Below are positions 30,848 through 43,533 of a stretch of 64,000 nt of DNA, piece after piece; the first letter of the stretch is position 1, and every line of letters begins with the position of its first letter. The stretch is taken from assembly GCA_907165135.1 (NCBI GenBank), contig OU015567.1:1240001-1304000 (forward strand), written 5' to 3'. This DNA is from Oikopleura dioica. Its lineage: Eukaryota; Animalia; Chordata. A program made the position numbers and the translations under genes. A model generated the notes under the pieces. The model saw nothing but the letters and a program-made list of their open reading frames with translations, did not search any database and was not told the origin of the DNA.

Positions 30848-31033
30848 GGCCCGCATTAGTTGGACGAGTTCATCAGGGTCTTGGCTGACAACGACCTGAA
30901 AGCGACTGGCTTCATAAAATATACTGACATGTTTGAGATGCTGCGCAAGATGGAGCCTCCACTTGGCTTCGGAAAGAACTGCCCTGCTAGACTTGCCTAT
31001 AAACGACTCATCCAAATGAACATGCCAGTTGCC
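30848..31033 (+). pseudogene. Isolated decayed fragment of a Cav2-type voltage-gated calcium channel alpha1 C-terminal EF-hand region
   Basis: [61 protein letters not shown] aligns by eye to Cav2 GPHHLDEF.R.WAEYD...Y.DM.EMLR.M.PPLG.GK.CP.R.AYKRL..MNMP; TAG stop at 30857-59. Confidence 0.8.
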
Positions 31034-32060
31034 AACCAGAACCTTCACCGGAACCAGAAGATTCGACAGAGCCTTCATTTTCATTCAAAAGAACTTCACA
31101 TTTGACTTCAAAAGCAGTGAGCTCGTCGATGTCCATAGAAAATCGAAGCATATTGAAAGAAGAGCTCGTCGAAACCGTCGTTTTTAGATATTCTCCGACG
31201 CTCGTTGTCGTTTTGTTTTTGATGATTGGTACTGAAAAGAAGATTTGAAGCTGAAGAACGCCTCTGCTTACAAGTTATGCTTTTCGCATGGAGGTCACAG
31301 TCGACAAATTCAGCTGAAAGAGTTTCAGAAATATTTGCGACAGAAATGATCATATTTTCTCCAATTTTATCGCCCCCTAGAAATCGTCAATTTTTTCTTC
31401 TTTTTTTCAATAAAAACCTTCAATCAGAAGCGTTATATTTGGAGCACTGCCTGGTATTTGTCCGACTGATTGCTGACCAGAGCTCAAGAAAGCTAAAAAA
31501 TAATCGGCGAAAGAAAAAAAAAGACTGCAATACCTGATCTTGTATTGTTAATACTAGAATTTTCTTCAAGCCATGTTTTGCTGCACAAAATGTCTTGAAC
31601 CAACATAAAAACGTCGATTCCGTTGATTTGGTCTCTGTGCATTATCATCGCCGAATAGTTTTCTAAAAATTTTCGCTTCTATGTAAATTCTAGCATTTAA
31701 CTGTCATTATTGATCTGCTCCTCAAGAAAACAGTCCGCGTAAGAAGCAGTAGTCGAAACAGCAAGATCGCATTCGTTTGTAAGATTTCCTTCGGCGGAAT
31801 TCGCTGAAAACTCGAAACTTGGGAACATGGCAAAGAATAAGTTGATTTTACCAACAAAAATATTTTCCAGTGATTTTGAGAAGGCCCTAACTTCTTCATC
31901 GTAACATGATTCATTCTTTTTTTGGGCTTATTTTTTAGAAAAATTTGATTCTTTTATCTCAAATAAGCCGTAACAGGGAGATTTCAGCAGCAGTTCCTCC
32001 ACAAGAAACTTCGAAAAGAGAACAGCCTCCGGCAGCTACCGTGTCTTTCATGAAAAAGAC
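31008..32060 (-). CDS. Putative multi-exon extracellular protein (ZP-like beta-rich tail with SGSGEGSG motif); 5' structure unresolved
   Basis: Phase-compatible GT-AG exons around 31110-31380; last exon LPIIKNK...[27 protein letters not shown]...; stop at 31008-10. Confidence 0.35.
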
Positions 32061-33642
32061 CTGGAAATTAAACTCAAATCTCAATTCGAAAACTTACAAA
32101 TAAGATAAAAATACACTTCATCTTCCGCTCCTCTTTCTCTGCAATAAAATCCGTTGCTCAACATGCAACAAGACAAATTTATAGCTTGTAATTATAAACT
32201 TGAGCGCTTTATTTAACGATTTTTCTATGATAAGATCAGCAATTTTTGATAACTGCCTGCAGAAAATTTTCTGAAATAGATCAGATGACTCATTTTTATC
32301 CCCTTTTCTGAGAAAAAAAGGCGGACATGGAGTCCCTTAATAGGTCACGCTTCAGGGCGCAATTTCTCAGCTGGAGGTGGCCCCATTTTTCGCCCGGATT
32401 TTTCCCAAAGAAAAAACAACTGACATTTTTCCCATTTTTTTCTATTTTCGATGAGAATAAGAAGAAGCAGATTCTAAGAGGAATCGAAGAATGTCGTTCA
32501 AGAGGAAGTCGTCTTATGAAGAACAAATTATCAAAGAAGTAAGTTTTCAATTATTTTTTATTGATACTTTTGACAAAATTTCTTTTTTGCGGCTTTTTTG
32601 ACCCTTTTTTTTTTGCTTTTTTTGATATTTTTAGTAAAAGCAAAATTTTGACTCAGGCCTTTTCGAGTGAAAAATGGACGGAAATCAGAAAACAAACACG
32701 CTATGCGCTTATTGTATTTCTCAAGCTTGAATCTGAGGGATGATCCCTTTTCGTCGATACGGGCTCAAAGTCCAGACAGATAGAGAGCAGGAGGATGACA
32801 TCACTTCCCAAATTTAGAGTTCAAACTTTTTCAAAATTGAAATTTTCTCATCTCAAAAATGAACTTGAAAAAGCCATTTTTTATCTTCCGGGCGATTCGA
32901 CCCTTTTCAAGCGCAAAAATAAAGTAGTTCCAGATGTGTACAAAAGTGACGATTGCGCAACGAATGAACCGGTAAATCCAATTGACTAAGCCGTGTCTGG
33001 AGGTCGAGGAATGAGGCTGGCCCAGTGGGAACGAGTGATAAATTTGATATCGCTCGGTTCTGACGTTTTTCAGCGGCGGGTACAGGGGGAACAATCTATT
33101 TTTCGAATGAGAAAATAAAGAGATAATTTAAAAAAAAATAATCAAGATATCTCCCGTCTTTCAGTATAAAAATTATTACTGTGAATTTTTAATACAAAAA
33201 TTTTTGAATTAATCAATTTTTAGGGGTTTTTTAATGAATTTTTTTTTTGACATTTTTCTTTCAAAATCGAATTTGAATTAATAAAATTGCAGAAAAAAAT
33301 CAAATTTTATCAATTTTTTAAATAATCATCGTTAATTTCGGTTTTCTTGAAATTTTTTTCAGACACGATTGACTTTTTCATAAATCGAATTCACCTTTTT
33401 TTCTGAATCATATTTTTTCAAAAAGAAACTCATTTCCGGACTTGCTATAAAGTCAGCCCGCCCGTATTCGAAAGAGCGTATTAGCAAGAGCAAATATTTA
33501 CAAATATCAACAGTCAACTCTAACCAGCGCTGCTCTTTCTACTGCGACCTTTGGATCATCAAACTTTTGAATTTTTCTCGCTAATTTTTTCCTTCAATAG
33601 AAGCGCCACGAGCACCTCAGAGATTTCTTCAAAAGAACAAAG

Positions 33643-35421
33643 ATGGGCCTCTTTGGACCGCCGAAACAGTACAAAACGCATCCGGATGGGTGAGTCAAAA
33701 GACTTTTGAAACTTTTTGAGGGGAAAAAAATTCTAGTGGGTCGCAAGCTTGGATAGTTGTTGGCGGCGTTTTCATTGCTTATGGACTGGCTTTTGGATTG
33801 TTGAGGGTTTTCAGTCTGCTACTAAATCCGATTCGAGCGTATTATGGCGTTTCTAGCACAGGTAAAATTTATTTACGCGCAAATTTTGCCCCGAAAAACC
33901 CCTAACCCTAACCCTAAAAATAATCATAAAATCAAAGTCGCGATGCTGGCACCTGGACTGGGAATGCTAGGATATTCCATTGGCGGTCTTGCTGGAGGAG
34001 CTGTCTTAGGAATTATTGGCTATCGCGAAGGATCGATGATCTTTGGCGTCGTCTGTACTCTTGCTTTCTTTATCTGTGGACTGGTGAATAGTATCACGAT
34101 CGTCTTGGCATGCATCTTCGTCGCTCTTTTTGCGCTCGGAGTGGTGTATCTTGCCGCGCCGGGTATCATTGGAAGATATTTTTTGGAGAAGAAGACTTTT
34201 GCTAATCAGCTTTCGTAAGTTTTTATTCCAACAAGTGAAATGGAGAGATGCATAAACTTTTCAGGGAAAAATTCCAATTTTATAGAAATTTAAATATTTA
34301 GATCATAGATTTGACAAAAATTTTTGCGATATTTTTGAACGGGAAAATCTTTTATGGTTTTCAAAACGCCCCCTTGAAAAAAGTTAAGGGCCTGCGGAGT
34401 CTCTGTCATGCAATTTGCCCTTGGCGCTCTTCTACCGATTCTCGTCAAGGAATACTCCATCCGCGGCTGCTTCGTCGTAATCGCTGGAATCATCTTCAAC
34501 ATCGTCGCCGCCAGTGCTCTCTACCGACCAACAATCATCAGCAGCGAAGAAGACAAAAAGATCGAAGAGGAAAATCAGAAACTCGAAAACAACGAGGAGA
34601 ATGAATCTGCCCCTGCCGTCGATTTCAGCTTTTTCAGCCATCCGGCTTTTTTGCTCTTCTTTTTCTCCCAAGGAATTTTCTTTGCAGGGTGAGTTTCAAA
34701 GAAAAGCAGCATTTAATTCTTTTTCAGATACATGGGCTGTCTGCTCCTCGTTGTTCCCTTCGCCGAATCTGAGCTAGGAGTTACCTCTAGTACCTCAGCC
34801 ATGATTGTGATGGCGATGGGCGTTGCTGAACTTCTCTTCCGTATTCCTTTCGGCTGGCTTGGCGACTGGGAGAAAATCAACAGAACTCATCTTCTTGGAG
34901 GAACTTTCCTGGCGCTTGGGGTGATTTTCTTAGGCTTCCCGATGTGCTCCAATTTTACGTTTTTGCTTGTTCTTTCGGCACTTTCGGGCATCTTCCAGGG
35001 CGGATTTGGAGGATTGAGCTTTGTTGTTCTTGATGATATTATGGTCGCGATCGGGTGAGGGATAAAAAAATAATGGGTTTTAATGAAGTTTTATTTTCAG
35101 GAAGCCAGGTGCGTTTATGATCGCCCTTGGGTTATCAACTGGATTCAATGGAATTCTCGGTGTCATCGCCCCCGTAACATTTGGGTCAATTAACGATGCA
35201 GTCGGAAACATGACTCTTTCATTATGGATTGCCGCAATCATGGTCGTCGTCTCTGGTTAGATCAAATCATACTTACCCTTCTCATTTTTTTCCTAGCGCT
35301 GATGACATTCGCCATCGTCGCTTTTACACCCAAATCGCTTTCTTCAAAATTTCCGAAAATTCCCGACCCAGACTTTTCAAGCCGAGAAGAAGTCGCCTTC
35401 ATCGAAACGAAAAATAATTAA
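33643..35421 (+). CDS. SLC16: Monocarboxylate transporter family (SLC16/MFS)
   Basis: HPDGGSQAWIVVGG N-terminal motif, GIIGRYFLEKKTFA, ELLFRIPFGWLGD, multiple TM segments, GT-AG introns in phase. Confidence 0.88.
33899..33916 (+). repeat. Interstitial telomere-type repeat (CCCTAA)3 in an SLC16 intron
   Basis: CCCCTAACCCTAACCCTAA seen directly. Confidence 0.7.
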
Positions 35422-35724
35422 GCCGCTCTAGAATAATTTCAATTCCAAGATTTCTGTACAATTCCACTGTGACTCTACTTTTCCTTCTTATCATTGTGAT
35501 TAATAAAATAACGTTGCCAAAGTTGCCAGCTTTTTAGTTAAACAAAAACTTCCAAAAATGGCCTGACGACGTGAAGGTTAAGAGAGAGATTAACTAGGTC
35601 GTTTCATCGGGAACCTGAAAATCTGAGGCGATAAATTAGCATTATTATTCTTCCTCTTCTTCAGAGAAATGCCTGAAAAAGCATCAAGAATTTATAAAAA
35701 GAGCATTGAAAAGAAAGGAAGAAG

Positions 35725-36484
35725 ATGGGAGGGAAAGAATCGAAGCTGAGCGCAAGAAAATTGAAAAGAATAAGCCTCAAGATTTTGGCTCTAGAATTTT
35801 TTAAAATACATTTTTGGCGTCGAATTTTAAGAAAAAAATTTCAAGCTCAGACTTTTTTGAAGCTTTAATTTTCCTAAAATAGGGTTTACTAACTCATTTC
35901 TAGAGCTAAAAATAAGACTGACTGTAAGTTAACCGAATCCTCCGAAAAGCAATATAAATTTGAGATTCCTTCGCGGAAATCGACCATCTCTACCGCGGAT
36001 TTCGCCGAGATTGTCCTCGAGGCGCTCTTAAAAAAGCAGAATTTCTCAAAATTTTTTCGAAAATTTTTCCGACCGGGGATCCAGAAGACTTTGCGCTGAT
36101 CGTCTTCAATGCTTATGATAGGGATGGAAATGGAAGCATCGATTTCGAAGAGTTTATTTCTGCCATGTCTCTCAGTCGCTGCAGTTTTGAGGAAAGGGAT
36201 TTTCTCTTTTTTGTTTTTTCTTCATTTATATTTTGAAAATTCTTAAAAAGAGAAAGCTGAAATGGATTTTCAACCTCTTCGACGCAGATGGCAACGGAAA
36301 AGTCGACAAATCAGAAGTCCAAGGCGTCTTTTTGGCCCTTTCAAAAATCAATAAAAAAGTGTCAGAAGAACAAATGCTACGAAATGTTCAAAAACTCTTC
36401 GCCGGAATCAAAAAAGACGAAATTTCCTTTGCCGATTTCAAAAGAATGGCGGAGAGCGATTCAGGTCTTTTCGCGCTGAAATAA
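35725..36484 (+). CDS. Neuronal calcium sensor (recoverin/frequenin family), N-myristoylated EF-hand protein
   Basis: MGGKESKLS; YSFAEIDHLYRGFRRDCPRGAL; IFPTGDPEDFALIVFNAYDRDGNGSIDFEEF; KLKWIFNLFDADGNGKVDKSE. Two introns need GA donors. Confidence 0.88.
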
Positions 36485-36608
36485 AAAAATGGTTGAATTT
36501 ATTCATCGATACGTATTTACAAGTGTTATTGATGGACAAGTTTGGACAGGCGGAAATGTTCAGATTTGCATCTGTGTCTTGGTTTTTTGTTTGCTAGATT
36601 TTCAAGTT

Positions 36609-37597
36609 TTAGCAGGACTCGTTGATGCTTTTGGGGACGCCACTGTAGCCATCGGAGGTCGGGCAGCACTGCTTTTTGTTGAGACCGATCCAGTGGCTAG
36701 AATTTTTGGTGAGAATGAGCATTTTTTGTAAGAAAAAGGGGATGATCCCAAAAATTAAAAAAAAGTGGTCGATTTCCTTAAGACTTACTATTCGCGATCA
36801 TATCCGCCACAGCACTCGTGCTCAACTGGAACTCCTCCGTTGGAAGGGCAGTTGTCTGGGTCCCGGTTGTCGAATCCGCCCCAGAAAGCGTGGTAAGACT
36901 CGTCGAAGACGTCCTTGACGGCGAGCGTATCCTTGGCAAACTGAAGATCACACTGGAAAAGTTCTCGTTCGCAGGAGCCCTCGGCGTTGGTGGACTCGAA
37001 GCGGCCTCGTTTCCCGGCGTATTTCCAGACGTACTTGACGAACTCGCCGATGCAGGTGTCGCCGTGCTTTTCCCGGACGCACTTTTGGCAGTCTTTGTAG
37101 GCTTTGCATTTGTTGTCGAGACCGTCCTAGAGGAAAATAGAGTTAGAGTTGAAAAGAAGAAGATCTTGGCTCTAGAATTTTTTGCCTTTTTTTGATTTCG
37201 AATTATAAAAGAGGAAAATGAAAATGAAGCTATTTCTTTCGATTCTTACCTTTGGCGCTCCAGTTCCCATTTCAGAGAGAGGTCGATCCCCGAGCAAATA
37301 GCAGTGGCACCCGTAAGCCCAGTATTTTCGCTCGTCGAATCGGTTCTTTCCAGTGTGGCCGTTGAGTTTCCACAGCTTTGCGGTGATCGCCTTCAAATCG
37401 GCATATCTTCGAACTTGGTCGATTCCTCGTTCTTCCGAATCATCGGCGTTGTTTCTTCCACCTCTGGCCAGACCAGAGCAGGCGACTTCTTCGCCGTTGG
37501 AATAGCAGACGTCGTCAGCGGCGATTCCGTCATCAGCGACGACTACGTCTTGGGCGACGGCGGCGGCGGAAAATGCAAAAAGAGAAAAAAGTTTCAT
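36609..37597 (-). CDS. Secreted phospholipase A2-fold protein, probably catalytically inactive
   Basis: Signal MKLFSLFAFSAAAVA; YWAYGCHCYLLGDRPLSEMGTGAPK, D..CKAYKDCQKC, GSCERELFQCD; C-terminal HECCGG...QCC; stop at 36609-11. Confidence 0.8.
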
Positions 37598-38213
37598 TTT
37601 GAAAGTCTTTTTTTCGAGTGGAAGGGAAAAGTTTCTCTTTTGGTTCTTTAGCTTCTTATCGAAGTTTTTAGTTTTTGATGGGGAATCGACGCTAGAACCA
37701 GCTTTTTATGGGGAAAAGTGATGGAAAAATGGTGGCGCGCGCGAGGTGCGCCGCGGATTTACGCGGTCGTTTTTGTGCTCCCCGCCGCGTAATTTTCATA
37801 AAATCATTACTTAGCCAGAATTCAGTTTTACCACCCCGCGACTTGCTTCTGTATTTTATCGAACCCGATCGGTGAAAAGCGTGAATTGGACAATTGGGGT
37901 AACGTTCGATTTCAAGGAATAACATTTTCGGATCATAATTTTATCATGTTGAGTCAATCCATGAGAGAAGGCTTTTTTGAGATTACTTGATAAGATATTT
38001 CTTATAGACCAATTGACAACTGCCCTCTCAGGGAGGAATAAATTTTTTATCATAAAAGAATCAAAGCAAAAATGATCATTTGAAACTTTCAAATTAAAAG
38101 TCCTCGATATAGGGTTCATAGAAGGGGGTTATCGGTCAGGCAGCCCCTAAGCCTGACCTAAACCCAGGGGCTACGCCCCGGGACCCCCCCATACAGCCAA
38201 GCAGTAATTGAAC

Positions 38214-38706
38214 TAGTGGTCAAAACTCTCGCGAGCAAGTGAGCGTGAGCAGAAGCCCCCAGAATTTTCACATGATTGAGCAAGCGCGAGCAGACCCTTT
38301 TGATTTTTTTCGTGAGCGAGCGAGCGCGAGCGCAGATACCGGGATTTTTCTCTGAGTTAGCGAGCATGAGCGCTCGCTCGCGCTCACTCGCTGTTTTTCA
38401 GCAACGTTTTCATTGAGTTTTTAAAAAAAAATCGAATGCTTTTAAGTTTGAAGGACTTAAACCTATAAAAAATTTATAATTATTATTCTTACCAAATAAA
38501 AAGATACTATTAAAATAGATTTCATGATTATTAAATAAATTTGTCTTGAGGGTGAATTTACTAAAAATAACTGTGAGCGAGCGCGAGTGAGCGCAAGCAG
38601 GGACCTTGAGATAAATTTATTATGGGGAGTGAGTGAGCGCGAGCAGAGGTTCTCGAAATTAAGGTGAGTGAGTGAGCATGAGCGCTCGCCATTTTTTCAA
38701 ACACTG
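38214..38706. mobile_element. hAT-like MITE with GAGCGC/GAGTGA arrays
   Basis: Degenerate TIR TAGTGGTCAAAA / TTTCAAACACTG; many GCGAGC/GTGAGC units at both ends. Confidence 0.55.
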
Positions 38707-38710
38707 CAGC

Positions 38711-38870
38711 CAGGGATGTGGATCCGCAGCGCAAAATCCGCAAAATAGCGCAAAATGCGGGATTTTTCATTCTGCAGCGCAAAACAGCGCAAAATCAGCC
38801 CCAAAAATTTCCGCAATTTTTCCGCAAAATTGCGCGCAAAAGCGCATTTTGCGCGAAAATTCCACATAAT
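38711..38870. repeat. GCGCAAAA/CCGCAAAA minisatellite element
   Basis: Starts CAGGGATGTGGAT and carries repeated (G/C)CGCAAAA units; right TIR weak. Confidence 0.5.
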
Positions 38871-39556
38871 CTCAATACATTTGCAGTCTGCAGCCGAGGC
38901 TTGCCTGCCAAGCCCAGGGGCTTATGACTTATAAATTATAAGTCATAATATTTCTATCCTCCCTTACTTGTAATATATAAGACATATAAATATCGGGAGG
39001 AATATGAAAATGAATTTCTCGAAAATCATTTTTAGAAACTTCTCGTGATTTTTGGAATGTGAGAAAATCGTTATCTTACGCAAGCTCTGGGAAGAAATTA
39101 AAACTTTTGATATGCGAGCATGTACTTTTTATGACGAGCTAATGTCGCAATTTTCAGCCACCCTTTTCTAATTCAATTTCTTTCGCGCTTCAAAAATACA
39201 AAAATTGTTTTTCCCAAAAAGATAAGCTCATCAAAAAATGCCAAATTCCAAGTCTTAATTTATTGTCGAAATGAACTCTGCTCAAATTGACAAGATTATC
39301 AAAACACTTTTCTCTTTCATCTATTCGATTGTCAAAGCGTCTTTTGCGGTCTCGGTATTACGGAACATGTCTGCTTCGATACCAAACAACGTTGTTTAAA
39401 TTCATTTACCGTAAATTAACTTCCTAAGCAAAAGCCGATCTAAGCATTTCAGATGCCCGAGCGTTTATTTATGCTTTTCACCAGATAATTTCGGTTTACC
39501 ACTGGTGAGTTTAACCACCAGGTTCACATTGACAATGTCGGAAAACGAACGCCCCC

Positions 39557-39785
39557 CCCCTTAAATTGTCTTTAAATCGTGCCCCATTGCCCCCTTAACT
39601 TCTGATATAACGTACCCCTGTATTATTCAAGAGTTAAAAATGACGACGTGATAATGTATAGATGAAGCAGAGATGACTCATTTGCGATGTCACGTCGTCA
39701 TTTTCAAGATTCTAAGAATACAGGGGTACGCTCTATCAAAAGTTAAAAGGGCGAATTGGCCACGATTTAACAATAATTTAAGGGG
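39557..39785. mobile_element. Foldback/palindromic MITE of about 230 bp
   Basis: Arms such as CGTACCCCTGTATT/AATACAGGGGTACG and AAAATGACGACGTGA/TCACGTCGTCATTTT enclose a loop of about 38 nt. Confidence 0.75.
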
Positions 39786-41733
39786 AGCCCTCTCGTACTT
39801 GACATACTGAGACATTTGCTTTTAAAGCTTCTACAGCTCAGAATGTTATAAAAATATAGCACTTTTTAGCATAGACTATGCTGCATAGTACTTTCTATTA
39901 TATGATCAAAACAGTACGAAGCCGTCCTTTCTTCTTCAGGCGAGACGGCATTTTGGCGGATTTCGTAATTGCTCGGGTGACTATCCGATTTACGAAACCC
40001 TGCCTAGACGCGTTCGCTGCGTGGCTCTTTCCTTCCAAAGTCAATTTTATTTATTTTTGGCCGCCGCGGACAACTCTTTTTTTTTTCAAAACGCTAAACA
40101 ACTCTTGGAGCATCCAGCCCTTTTAGCTGCCTCTTGTTCCTTCGCGGTGTTTTACTGAAGTAATGTTACAAGCGGAAACGGGCTTGATTCCGACTTAGAA
40201 AAAAAGATTCGTTTTGTTTCTCTAATTATGCGTCGTTCTTTTGAGCGCTAACTAATCTCGACTAAAATTGCATATTTTTAAGATTACCGGCGCGTAATAA
40301 ACAAGAAAAGCAAGACCACAATCCACTTCTCTTTTTTCATAAGAAATTTTTTTAAAAATTTCAAAAAAAAAGCCGCGCTAAAAATTATTCTTTGAAGAAA
40401 GATGCAATGGCGAATTAGACATTAATTAAAGCCAAATAATTTAAGCCGCTCTTTTGAAGACAAAAAAGCAGTTTTCAAAGCCTTCTTTCTAAAAATAATA
40501 TTTTGTCGAACTCGCAGAAAAAATCGAATCGTCCTCTTAGGCATTTTTGAAATGCCTGAACAAGTGGCCACCTAAATTATGCTAAACGCTAAATCCTTCA
40601 AATCGAAGCATAAAGTAATTCGACTAAAATCACGCAGAATGCATACTCTTCTTCTAAAAAATAGCGGCTAGACACGTGAGAATGCGCTTGCTTAGCCCAG
40701 GCTCAACCCATTCTTTTCTCGTGACAACTCATAACGGCTATTTTCAAACGTGATTTCTAGAGCTTTTCATATCGCTTTTTTAAAAAATATTTTAGAATTA
40801 TATCAAAAATTTAAAGCCTAGCCCAGCGTTGATTTCGTCACTGGAGTGTTTAGAGCGCTAGAAAACAAGCTTAGCTCGATCAAAAACTTCCTCCGTGATG
40901 ACTTGGAAAGAACGATAAAACTCATTAAGTCCCTGCTAATCTTAGTTACGGCACTTTTTCAATAAAACAATAATGCAATACAAAACATAAAAAAAACCTT
41001 CCGTTTGAATTCAATTTGAACCCTCAAGAACATTTGCGCCTTCCTGGTTTGTTCTGTAGACGACTTTAAAACATGACTTTTCGAAAAAAATGATTATTTT
41101 ATTTTCTGGAATCAATCAGGAAGCGCTTTTTCCGGATCTTTTCCCGAACGACAGTTCTATTATTTTCTCCAAGTTTAGTTTTCAACTCTCAAATTATCTC
41201 AGAACTACTCATTTATTTTTTGAGATCTCTCAAGAATAGCCTGTTTAAAACCTGACTTTTTAGAATCCTGACTCAGGATTCCTGAGTAGAGCTTCTGATT
41301 TAATGAAAAAAGCCGCAAAAAGATAGGGATCGTTCAATCAAGACCCGATCTACTGCTAGTTAAAAAAGATAAATTAAAGAAACTAAAGATTTTGAGAACA
41401 AGAAAAGTCTCCGGCCGACTCGTAAAGAACATTTCCTAGGGACACGTCTGAACTGCCGGCAAAGCAATTTTGTCCTTAGCAAACTTTTTTCTCTAAAATT
41501 TTAGAATGACTTAATTTCTTTTATAAATTTTTTTTTCAAAATAATTCAACCAGTTCGTTTCATTTTTCCCGGAATATGTGTTCTGCGGCTTTCGCTCAAT
41601 TTCCCAGTTGATATATAATTTTTTTGTAAATTATCCTCACGTCTTGTAAAATCCCAACAATTTGTGGTTCATCGAAAAGGCACCTGTCCAAATCTTTTCA
41701 AGGAAGTTTTCGTTTTCTTGATTTTTTTGCAAA

Positions 41734-41869
41734 CATGCGTAGAAAACCAGAGTCAGGGTCTCAAAGATCCCTTTTGAAAAGCCTTCATCGCGGCTACGCT
41801 TTTAAAAAAGCCGCTACTTGTCTTTTCAATTGAAATATTTTAGACCCTGACTCAGGTTTTCTACACAGG
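41734..41869. mobile_element. CCTGAGTCAGG-arm hairpin element, copy 4
   Basis: CATGCGTAGAAAACCAGAGTCAGGGTCT...AGACCCTGACTCAGGTTTTCTACACAGG. Confidence 0.65.
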
Positions 41870-43002
41870 ATGCTCAGCCCAGGTGGCTCCGGTAGTTGCT
41901 ATGACTCAGCGTAAACGCCCTATGCTTCTATTTCTTCGAGAGCTGGAAAGACCCAACTTTCCAAAACAGGTAACCACGCGTCCTTTTGATTATGTAAATC
42001 TGGCAATTACGGGCGAGCCGGTCGAGCGGCTCAAGAAAAAAAATCCGGCGGCTTGGTCGCAATTTCCCGCTCCTTAGCCACTCTTGCCCAAACACCAGAT
42101 CAACCATGATTTTCTGACGAGGGCGTATTTTCACGAGCGCTTCCTCTCTCGTAATTTTGAAGGGCTAATCTCGTTATTGAATTAAAAGAAAAAAAAAGAT
42201 GACGCAAAAAAGTCTTTTATTGGCGGCTTTTTTCGAAAAGCCGATAATTTTTTGGGCCTGAAAGAGCCGAAAAATAGCGGGAAAATGACTCGTTCTGCAA
42301 AGCATTGCTGGAACCACTTCAGTTCTACTTGGTTAGTTGCGAATTCCAGAGCCGAGGAATACGTATTTCTAATTTGCGCGGCTTCTTGAACAGATTGGTT
42401 ATTAATCGATCTCAAAATTCTGCATTTTGAAATGACGTGGTCGATTTTGGAACGCAAATGACTTCAAATTCAAGAGCCCTTTCTCCATTTTTACTGAACA
42501 AAGAATTTCCCCTAATGAAACTTCTTTATTTGAAAATTCGCAAATTCAGTATAAACACTCTTTTTGTTCTTTCGAGATCGCTAGAATTAAATTCAAATTC
42601 TTTGAATGAATCTAGCGATCTCGGAGATCTCGTTTAGCCAAAGATTTGATTGACCTCAAACGACTTGCGGCGGATTTGGGCGAGCCCATCTCGCAGCTTC
42701 TCCAAAACGCCAAGTTCAAGCTGCAAAAATAATTCCTGACTCAGGACATAGCCTCCAACGTCGAGACTAATCAAGAAAAGGGATTAATAACTCTTGCTGG
42801 GGAGATAAGCGCCCAACGCTGTGATAAAACTCAGCTAAGCGTAGACTTCCGTGAACACCATTTTTCCCGCGTGGAATTGGGTAATCTTTAACGCCGAAGG
42901 TAGATGTTGCGGCGAATGAAAATTAGGCAAAGCGGATAAGGGCGGGTTTCAAAATGTTGTTATTCGTCAGATGGGTGTTAGTTGACTTTATCATAACTCT
43001 TA

Positions 43003-43096
43003 CAGTGGGTTGCGCAGTTGGTTGCCCCTTTGCAATTGCAGCTTTGGTTGCCCCTTCACCCGCTCTTTAGGGGGCAACTACCGGCGCAACCCACTG
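43003..43096. mobile_element. Tc1/mariner-like MITE (94 bp, TA TSD)
   Basis: TA|CAGTGGGTTGCGC ... GCGCAACCCACTG|TA. Confidence 0.78.
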
Positions 43097-43154
43097 TAAG
43101 GCAATTAAGCTTCATTTTTTCGGTGTCCCGATTCTATTCTGTTTTGCTTCTCAA

Positions 43155-43533
43155 GGGGGTAGAACTAGGTTTTTTCGAAAATAGCCGATTCTAGACCGGC
43201 GCTCAAAGCCAGGCAGGCTTAGATATTCAAATTCTCTCTTCGGCCTTAGATAGAGCAAACTTAGATCTAACAACAATATTCTTAATTTTTTTTTTCGTCA
43301 ACACATTTTGGCGGTAGAGGGCGGAATATCAACCCATCTCTTCGAAATTCGAAATTTTAGCCTTTTTGCGTCCTAAAATGTCTCGATTCACGTGACTAGC
43401 CAAATTTTTTAAATCTCATTACACAGTTAAACCCTTTTTCTAGCAACATTTTTGAGGAAATTTCCTTATCATCTGTAAAAACAGGTTTTTCTCCCGAAAA
43501 TCACTTATTTTCGATAAATCTAGTTCTACCCCC
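43155..43533. mobile_element. Kolobok-like MITE
   Basis: TCAA|GGGGGTAGAACTAG ... CTAGTTCTACCCCC|TTAA, perfect 14-bp TIR. Confidence 0.75.

Noticed and set aside
30800-31084. 94-aa minus-strand ORF (MKMKALSN...)
   Set aside because: It is the antisense shadow of the Cav2 fragment and has no independent features.
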